This document shows, piece by piece, positions 35,363-40,556 of a DNA stretch of 40,556 bases. Origin of the DNA: a virus. The number at the start of each line of letters is the position of its first letter. The stretch's first letter is position 1. A program made the position numbers and the translations under genes. The stretch is taken from positions 1 to 40,556 of IMG/VR virus record IMGVR_UViG_3300027852_000084. One strand, given 5' to 3'. The notes beneath the pieces were generated by a model. It saw only the letters and a list, made by a program, of their open reading frames with translations, had not been told where the DNA came from and ran no database searches.

Positions 35363-35766
35363 TTAAATTTCTGGTCGTTCACTGTTCAGATTCCCCGCAA
35401 GGCCGGGGCGATGATGCTGCCACAGTCCATCGTTGGCATTTGGAGCGGGGCTGGTCAGGAATTGGCTATCATTCCGTTATTTTGGAAACTGGTGAACTAC
35501 AGCAAGGCCGCCCGGATTATTGGCAAGGCGCGCACGTCATGGATTTTGACGGTGACGGAGAAGGCAACAACAACGACTCGCTAGGCGTTTGTCTGATCGG
35601 GCTAGGCGGTGATGCTACAGAAAGCCAGAAAGCGGTTTTAAGGCTTGTGCTGAATGCTTGGCTCGCTAAATACCCAGAGGCCGAGGTTGTAGGCCATAGA
35701 GACCTAGACAGCCGCAAGAGCTGCCCAGGCTTCGACGTTAAGGGCTGGTTTTACTCAAGGCGGTAA
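35359..35766 (+). CDS. N-acetylmuramoyl-L-alanine amidase (Amidase_2, T7-lysozyme-like endolysin)
   Basis: LVVHCSDSP...VHRWHLERGWSGIGYHSVI...GAHV...NNDSLGVCLIG...VVGHRDLDSRKSCPGFD parallels T7 gp3.5. Confidence 0.9.
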   Translation: MIKFLVVHCSDSPQGRGDDAATVHRWHLERGWSGIGYHSVILETGELQQGRPDYWQGAHVMDFDGDGEGNNNDSLGVCLIGLGGDATESQKAVLRLVLNAWLAKYPEAEVVGHRDLDSRKSCPGFDVKGWFYSRR

Positions 35767-35767
35767 T

Positions 35768-36148
35768 CTACAAATCGTCTGGCGGGGTGAGGTAGCCAAT
35801 TATCGTTGTTTTGGCTGCGTCCCATCCCACGCATAGAACTGCTAAATAACCAGCATCGTTTAAGTCCTGCATCCACTGAATTTGCGGCTTGGTTGCTTTG
35901 CCTGCTTGCTTGCCGGGTTCCTTTGGCCTTTTTAACTCAATATACAGCCCGTGGAATCCGTGGCGAGATACAGGCAGGCAGACATCAGGCACTCCGCGCT
36001 TGACACCTTCGGCTTTGAGTTTCTTTGCTACCGCTGGGTGGCGCTGCCCGCCGTTTGGAATGGCAAACATCATTGATAGCTCTGGATGCTTTCCTTTGGC
36101 TCTGTCAGCCCAATCGAACAGCGCGACTTGGTGGCTATGTTCGCTCAT
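35768..36148 (-). CDS. VRR-NUC (PD-(D/E)xK) nuclease
   Basis: GVPDVCLPV...GLYIELKRP...KPQIQWMQDLNDAGY matches the VRR-NUC pattern. Confidence 0.8.
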   Translation of the reverse strand: MSEHSHQVALFDWADRAKGKHPELSMMFAIPNGGQRHPAVAKKLKAEGVKRGVPDVCLPVSRHGFHGLYIELKRPKEPGKQAGKATKPQIQWMQDLNDAGYLAVLCVGWDAAKTTIIGYLTPPDDL

Positions 36149-36402
36149 TCCACACCCTCGATAAGATCGAGCGCTTTGGCTATAGATCGAGATTCTCGCC
36201 GGATATGGCGGTAAATTTCTCTAGCAACGGCATCGTTGCCGATGATGTTGCCTAGATCGACCGCGCAGCACTCTCGACACTTGCCACCAACTGCCGGTTG
36301 ATTGCACCGATGAGTAGAACAATGACTCATAGTCACTTGCCCATGCCTATAGTTAGCTCTTAGTGCTCGCAGGGCGCGATAAAAATCATCTTGTTTGCTC
36401 AT
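36145..36402 (-). CDS. Cys-rich hypothetical protein, 85 aa
   Basis: ORF track. ATGA overlap with VRR-NUC. Confidence 0.55.
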   Translation of the reverse strand: MSKQDDFYRALRALRANYRHGQVTMSHCSTHRCNQPAVGGKCRECCAVDLGNIIGNDAVAREIYRHIRRESRSIAKALDLIEGVE

Positions 36403-36414
36403 ATCGTTACCTTT

Positions 36415-36594
36415 TTAGTCGTAAATATTTTTGATCGCACTCCATGAATCTACAATTAACGCCATCGGAACGCCTATTAATAATGATAAAATCAAAAGGG
36501 GTGATATTAGAGTTACCGAGTATATATTTTCTCTCCTCCACACATCCACAGGAATCGTCAAGACTTCATAAAGCAGGGTTTCTTTGAATGTCAT
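36415..36594 (-). CDS. 59-aa membrane protein (start moved to ATG 36594)
   Basis: ATGA overlap with the stop of 36591..36962. TM segment LISPLLILSLLIGVPMALIV. Confidence 0.5.
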   Translation of the reverse strand: MTFKETLLYEVLTIPVDVWRRENIYSVTLISPLLILSLLIGVPMALIVDSWSAIKNIYD

Positions 36595-36962
36595 ATCGTC
36601 CCCCGAGAGTAAGCGCCGCGCAAGATAGCGGCTGAAGCAGAGCATAAATTACGCGGCAGTTTCATGGGCTTTTCCGGCCTAACATGCACGGGCGGCGGGG
36701 GCTCTCTTTTCACCCCTGTTAGCTTGAACGCTGTATTTACGTTAGCGCACTGCCTGCAACGTATCGCCGGGTCTTTCTTTTTGTTTAGATCGCTTAGCCT
36801 TACCGTTTGCTCTTTTACACATTTGTGTGACATATTAGCATCGCAACGCACTACAACTTTTGGCCGGTCGCCTGTCTCCCTGTGGGGAATGCGTATCACC
36901 ACCCTGTCGCCGAATTTATCGCCAATCTTCGCATAGACTCTATTGGTTCTACCTCTGCCCAT
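36591..36962 (-). CDS. hypothetical Cys-containing protein, 123 aa
   Basis: ORF track. N-terminal IGDKFGDRVVIRI pattern, common in small phage proteins of unknown role. Confidence 0.55.
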   Translation of the reverse strand: MGRGRTNRVYAKIGDKFGDRVVIRIPHRETGDRPKVVVRCDANMSHKCVKEQTVRLSDLNKKKDPAIRCRQCANVNTAFKLTGVKREPPPPVHVRPEKPMKLPRNLCSASAAILRGAYSRGTI

Positions 36963-37115
36963 CTACCCGCCCTCGTTTTCGAGAAATTCTGTGATTTTTT
37001 GTGACAGCGCTTGGAACTCCAGCACTTGGCCGAACCGATCCACAAAATCCATCAGCGCGCTATGGCCTTCGTTTGATTCCTGAATGGCTGATTCCGTTCG
37101 TTCTTCATCGCTCAT
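36963..37115 (-). CDS. 50-aa acidic protein (MSDEERTESAIQESNEGHSALMDFVDRFGQ...)
   Basis: The ATG at 37115 forms an ATGA overlap with the recT stop. The ORF's stop is immediately followed by the next ATG. Below the track's cutoff. Confidence 0.5.
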   Translation of the reverse strand: MSDEERTESAIQESNEGHSALMDFVDRFGQVLEFQALSQKITEFLENEGG

Positions 37116-38164
37116 TGGGCTACCTCGTTAAAAAATGCCACGGCTTCGGCGCTCAGTTGGTCTTTGATGTACTCGATAACGTCGTGCGCGTGATCTTCGA
37201 CAAAGCCAATCACTTGTGATTCATCGCCTGTGCAGTTTTCTAGCGTGTCGATCCATTCCGTTGCAGTTGCGCCGCCATCGCTAACCATGCCGTTTACGAT
37301 AGCCTTGTTTGCTGTTTTCTCCCCCTTGTCAAAAGAATTGAATAGCGACGTAAACACCGGAACCGGTATCGTTTTGGAAAATACGAACATCCCCAGGTTG
37401 TCTCCTTTTTCCATGAGATCGACGAAAAACTCATTCTGATCAACCGACGCTTGGCCCATGTTCGGGCTGTTAACGATAGGCTCGAAACCTTCATTCTGAT
37501 TGGACAGATCAACGGCAACCGCCATTCTTTCAGAGCCGGTCGACCGCGGCCACATTTTGAAGGCGCGACGAACTACAGTTTTCTTGCACTGTTCGGTGAA
37601 GTCGGTAAACCATGGCCCTTTTTTCTTTTTGGCTGATTCAGATCGGGCCTTGATGCTCTCCAATTCTTCGAGCGTCATTATGGTGGTCAGGAAATCGCCG
37701 TCAGCCGTCTTTGCTACGCAATACGCGCCAACGTATGGGCCGCGCTCCGAAGGCTTCGCAAACGGGCTGTAAGTGTGATTAGGGGCGTTTCCTGGGCCGT
37801 TGTCGGTGAATGAGTCGTTCTCGTGAACCATTGCCGACTGCACCCACTTAATCGAACCTGAGTCGGTCGCCAGCTTGCACATGCCCATATACGAAACATC
37901 GAGGCAGACTTTGCCCTTGCGCGGGATTAGGTAGGCCAGCTTTTCGGCAGGGTTTAGAGATAGCCCGATTGCCGCGATGTTGGTGACTGCCATTTGAAAC
38001 GAAACAATATCGTTTTGTGCGACACCGGCTAAATAGTCGTTATTTTTAAGAACCTGCAAAGCAAATCCTTTCTCAGCCTCAAACTGCATCGACTGGGGCG
38101 CAATGGCTAAGAATCGTTCTTCGGTTGCTAATATCGCCTTAGCTGGCGTTAATTGTTGGGTCAT
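37112..38164 (-). CDS. recT: RecT-family single-strand annealing recombinase with about 130 extra C-terminal residues
   Basis: AIGLSLNPAEKLAYLIPRKGKVCLDVSYMGMCKLA...VGAYCVAKTADGDF...PWFTDFTEQCKKTVVRRAFKMWP is RecT-like. Confidence 0.85.
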   Translation of the reverse strand: MTQQLTPAKAILATEERFLAIAPQSMQFEAEKGFALQVLKNNDYLAGVAQNDIVSFQMAVTNIAAIGLSLNPAEKLAYLIPRKGKVCLDVSYMGMCKLATDSGSIKWVQSAMVHENDSFTDNGPGNAPNHTYSPFAKPSERGPYVGAYCVAKTADGDFLTTIMTLEELESIKARSESAKKKKGPWFTDFTEQCKKTVVRRAFKMWPRSTGSERMAVAVDLSNQNEGFEPIVNSPNMGQASVDQNEFFVDLMEKGDNLGMFVFSKTIPVPVFTSLFNSFDKGEKTANKAIVNGMVSDGGATATEWIDTLENCTGDESQVIGFVEDHAHDVIEYIKDQLSAEAVAFFNEVAQ

Positions 38165-38165
38165 T

Positions 38166-38456
38166 TCACTTCTCCTTGTTTAAGTTTTCCCGGCGCTCGA
38201 TCTCTGCCGCTAGCCGTGGGTAGTAGTGCTTGAACTTCCATTTGAACGGGTTGATGCGAAGACCCCACCGATACGCTGAATCAATATCATCATGATTATG
38301 ATGATCGTCAATTAGCCGTAATCTGTCTTCAATGCTGCTTGAATCAATAACATTCCAAGCTGTCTCTGAGTGTCTTTTTAACGCTATTAGCTTTACCATC
38401 GGTATAAGACAAAATACCACGCCAAATAAAGCCAGTAACCCAGAAAATACATCCAT
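38166..38456 (-). CDS. N-terminally membrane-anchored hypothetical protein, 96 aa
   Basis: ORF track. Its 3' end carries the AAGGAG SD for recT. Confidence 0.55.
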   Translation of the reverse strand: MDVFSGLLALFGVVFCLIPMVKLIALKRHSETAWNVIDSSSIEDRLRLIDDHHNHDDIDSAYRWGLRINPFKWKFKHYYPRLAAEIERRENLNKEK

Positions 38457-38481
38457 TTCCTTCTCCTTATCTAGCCCATAG

Positions 38482-38676
38482 TTAAAGGTTAAATTCCTTG
38501 GCGATATCTTCGTCGATTGAAACGGCTTGGTCTATTTCCAAGAACCGCTGCTGAGCTATCTCGCGGCATTTGACCGCCGCCTGCCTCATGCCCTCGGCAA
38601 ATCCTGCCTCAACCGCTGTATCTGGGTAATTTACGAGGTCGAATTCTTCATTTGCAAACCAAGCGATAAAACTCAT
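38482..38676 (-). CDS. hypothetical protein, 64 aa
   Basis: ORF track. Confidence 0.5.
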   Translation of the reverse strand: MSFIAWFANEEFDLVNYPDTAVEAGFAEGMRQAAVKCREIAQQRFLEIDQAVSIDEDIAKEFNL

Positions 38677-38697
38677 TTCATTTCTCCATAGTTATCA

Positions 38698-38964
38698 CTA
38701 GACAGACTCCCATAACGAGCTTGGCAACCAATGATTGTTATCGTGTTTCTCAAAAGCATCGCCGTGTGTAAAAACCAACTCAACAATTTGACCCTCTATT
38801 TTTTTCAGGAATAGCTTAGTTTTAAAATACTCATCCATACCAAAAATTTCTTTTGCTGCAACAAGCTCGTTTGGTGCGCTACTAATAGGGCCTCTATGGC
38901 GATAGTTGAATTCATCGCAAAGTTGATACCTTTGGATTAAGTTGTCTTTCATCCTCGCCAACAT
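38698..38964 (-). CDS. hypothetical protein, 88 aa
   Basis: ORF track. GAGG lies 9 nt upstream of the ATG at 38964. Confidence 0.55.
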   Translation of the reverse strand: MLARMKDNLIQRYQLCDEFNYRHRGPISSAPNELVAAKEIFGMDEYFKTKLFLKKIEGQIVELVFTHGDAFEKHDNNHWLPSSLWESV

Positions 38965-39039
38965 AATGAAGCCTCAAGTTATAAATCATCCACACTAGCC
39001 CAACTATCACGTCTTGCTAATTATCAAAAGTGAAAAATG

Positions 39040-39339
39040 TTACGGGTCAAACGGGTGTAGCGTATACGGGATAGTCATAGGCTTAATCCATTCTCTAGAA
39101 TGTTCCGCCCATAACTTAACTTCATCATCTAGCAAGTAGATCAAAACGCCACCATCAGGCATGATAGCCCAGTGAGTGCCGCAAACAATGTTTAGAGGTT
39201 CTTCCACATTATTTAGGCTATGGTTTTCTATGATTAATAAGTTAACGAGATGCTCAACTTCCATAAACCCAATATTTGAGCTTTCCCACCGATCAATCAT
39301 TTCACTGAGGTTTTCCATAATTTTACCCATAGTTATCAC
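39040..39339 (-). CDS. hypothetical protein (start may be ATG 39318, MENLSE...)
   Basis: ORF track. First gene after the long non-coding region. Confidence 0.55.
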   Translation of the reverse strand: MITMGKIMENLSEMIDRWESSNIGFMEVEHLVNLLIIENHSLNNVEEPLNIVCGTHWAIMPDGGVLIYLLDDEVKLWAEHSREWIKPMTIPYTLHPFDP

Positions 39340-39478
39340 TAAGACAGCACTTGGTGGTTAGCCAAACAACCGAACTTGGTCGTGCAACTTCTGCCTGTAT
39401 TATCGCGGTAGCATTTTAGAGTGTGCCTTCACTGGTGGCATAGATTTACGGCCTATGAACCGTTCGGGTTGGTTCCCC

Positions 39479-39499
39479 AAGTTTGAGTAGGTCAAACTT
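39479..39499. promoter_or_regulatory. perfect inverted repeat AAGTTTGA-N5-TCAAACTT (operator-like)
   Basis: Read directly, inside the non-coding region. Confidence 0.5.
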
Positions 39500-39594
39500 T
39501 TACAAAACACCTGATACCAAATATCCGCGTTTTCTGAAATCCGTTAACAATTTCGAGCGCCGTCTTAGTAGCGCGTCAGCAAAAAGCTGTCGAT

Positions 39595-39624
39595 TTGGTC
39601 TGCTTGGTAGGAATCGGGTATACT
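39595..39624 (+). promoter_or_regulatory. candidate sigma70-type promoter (-35 TTGGTC, 18 nt, -10 TATACT)
   Basis: Hexamers at 39595-39600 and 39619-39624. There is no + strand gene downstream. Confidence 0.35.
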
Positions 39625-39630
39625 TTCGGA

Positions 39631-39770
39631 ATCGTTGCGCTGATGCGCTGTGGATTACGGTACTGCTATTACCTGATTCTCACCGGTTACCGCCGGATCG
39701 ACATGGACAATATGCGCCCTCCTTCGCACGTTGTCAAACTAAAAGCCTCGTTAATTCGGGGCTTTTTTTT
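39631..39770 (+). ncRNA. candidate small RNA of about 140 nt (promoter-to-terminator unit with no credible ORF)
   Basis: Bounded by the promoter candidate and a strong + oriented terminator. Contains short hairpins, including TGCG-CCCTCCTT-CGCA with an anti-SD-like loop. Confidence 0.3.
39741..39770 (+). terminator. rho-independent terminator, stronger on the + strand
   Basis: GCCTCG-TTAATT-CGGGGC stem (one G-U pair on +, which becomes a C-A mismatch on -), followed by eight T on the + strand. Confidence 0.7.
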
Positions 39771-39930
39771 GCGTGTTATTTGAAATTAATTTTTCATGTA
39801 TGAGGGCCAGTTCATCTAAATAAATTATTTGGTAAATCGCTAGAACACTATCTTTCTGCAATTTAGACAAATCAACAAACATATCTCCAAGACACTCACC
39901 GCCGTTGTCATATACCTTTTCAGTCTTCAT
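39751..39930 (-). CDS. 59-aa hypothetical protein (MKTEKVYDNGGECLGDMFVDLSKLQKDSVLAIYQIIYLDELALIHEKL...)
   Basis: Just below the track's cutoff. Overlaps the upstream stop by 11 nt. Its 3' end lies in the terminator hairpin. The SD is weak. Confidence 0.4.
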   Translation of the reverse strand: MKTEKVYDNGGECLGDMFVDLSKLQKDSVLAIYQIIYLDELALIHEKLISNNTQKKAPN

Positions 39931-40120
39931 CGTCGTTCTCGTTGTTAATTTCAGATAGCTCTTTAAGAACTAGATTTAGCTTGTGGTCTAATACTGCAAT
40001 CTTGGTTTCTAGCTCCTGTATGTAATATGGCGTGCTAATCAAAGAACCTCTTCTTGATCGCTCCATTCCCTGCTGTTGCCGTATAGCCTCATTAATTGAT
40101 TTGCTCTGCTGATTTTTCAT
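39920..40120 (-). CDS. 66-aa coiled-coil protein (start moved to ATG 40120, MKNQQSK...)
   Basis: ATGA overlap with the stop of 40117..40284. AAGGAG lies 8 nt upstream. Confidence 0.55.
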   Translation of the reverse strand: MKNQQSKSINEAIRQQQGMERSRRGSLISTPYYIQELETKIAVLDHKLNLVLKELSEINNENDDED

Positions 40121-40284
40121 GTCTCGTTCTCCTTTTCGCAGTGGTTCAAATTCCATACCAGGAAAAAAGCAATCACGTACGAGTTTGTTAGGTCGCTTGT
40201 AGTTTTAAAAACGTAGTTTAAAAACGCCCAAAACAACATAACACCGAAGAAAATGAATAAATTAACAAAAAATTTGGAACTCAT
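40117..40284 (-). CDS. 55-aa membrane protein (MSSKFFVNLFIFFGVMLFWAFLNYVF...)
   Basis: AAAGGAG precedes the ATG at 40284. Below the track's cutoff. Confidence 0.5.
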   Translation of the reverse strand: MSSKFFVNLFIFFGVMLFWAFLNYVFKTTSDLTNSYVIAFFLVWNLNHCEKENET

Positions 40285-40302
40285 TGTTTTTAACTCCTTT
40301 AG

Positions 40303-40556
40303 TTAGCGAGCCTTTTCGCACCCTTCTATCAGCTCTATCAGTTTGTCAGCCTGTTGTTTAAATGTTAATCCATCAGCAGCATAAGCAGCAGCATCAGCAT
40401 CAGCATCAGCATCAGCAGCATGAACAGCAGCATCAGCATCAGCATCAGCAGCATGAACAGCAGCAGCAGCATCAGCAGCAGCAGCATCAGCATGAACAGC
40501 AGCAGCAGCATCAGCAGCATGAACAGCAGCAGCAGCATCAGCAGCAGCAGCATCAG
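40303..40556 (-). CDS. 3' part of the same junction-spanning ORF (ends ...AAYAADGLTFKQQADKLIELIEGCEKAR, stop TAA 40305-40303)
   Basis: With the 38-nt overlap removed, 40518..40303 is 216 nt and is in frame with 621..1. The total is 837 nt, or 278 aa. Confidence 0.65.
   Translation of the reverse strand, partial: DAAAADAAAAVHAADAAAAVHADAAAADAAAAVHAADADADAAVHAADADADADAAAYAADGLTFKQQADKLIELIEGCEKAR
40371..40556. repeat. imperfect trinucleotide-repeat tract, right part (continuous with 1..174 on the circle)
   Basis: Same triplet pattern. With the left part it gives about 322 non-redundant nt, or about 107 codons. Confidence 0.9.
40519..40556. repeat. terminal direct repeat, copy 2 (identical to 1..38)
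   Basis: Same 38-nt string as positions 1..38. Confidence 0.95.

Noticed and set aside
38676-39345. Recurrent TAACTATGG / TAACTAAGGAG-type strings before several - strand starts (near 38690, 39335, 1040, 640, 40300).
   Set aside because: These are most simply a stop codon followed by an extended Shine-Dalgarno context (AACTA-AGGAG), not a separate regulatory element.
39651-39659. DnaA-box-like 9-mers (TGTGGATTA at 39651, and TGTGGATGA on the - strand near 38990).
   Set aside because: Each is a single, imperfect, isolated copy. The iteron cluster at 5.5 kb is a better origin candidate.
39483-39803. Track ORFs 39483..39803 (+) and 39595..39783 (+) in the non-coding island.
   Set aside because: Both use TTG starts with no SD, their composition is Cys/Arg/Leu-rich and looks like non-coding sequence, and they run through the terminator hairpin.

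Overview
The window reads as a complete, circularly closed tailed-phage genome of about 40.5 kb, with a podovirus-type P22-like tail machine. Positions 1-38 are repeated exactly at 40519-40556, and removing one copy restores a minus-strand ORF in frame across the junction. Two divergent transcription arms leave a back-to-back promoter region near 3.3 kb. The rightward (+) arm carries a Cro-like HTH, small early genes, an HNH endonuclease and a replication initiator with iteron-like repeats inside the gene. It continues with NinB/Orf, a Ref/DUF968-like HNH, a Lar-like protein, SSB, a HicB-like fragment and a fibre-like module. The late genes follow: TerS, TerL, portal, a GroES-like protein, scaffold, capsid, a gp4-like adaptor, a gp10-like nozzle, fibre/spike genes, a GNAT-like protein, three needle/ejection-position proteins, a beta-helix tailspike and a lysis cassette ending in an Amidase_2 endolysin. 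The leftward (-) arm wraps through the window ends. It starts with a hexapeptide-repeat protein encoded by 22 tandem 18-bp units, followed by a chain of translationally coupled small ORFs, many small membrane proteins, a very acidic protein and an Ala/Asp triplet-repeat gene. A roughly 400-nt non-coding stretch with a + strand promoter/terminator pair comes next, then RecT and VRR-NUC. I saw no integrase, CI-type repressor, DNA polymerase, primase/helicase, tRNA, CRISPR array or reverse transcriptase. All functional calls come from by-eye motif recognition and gene order. No database search or structure prediction was run.
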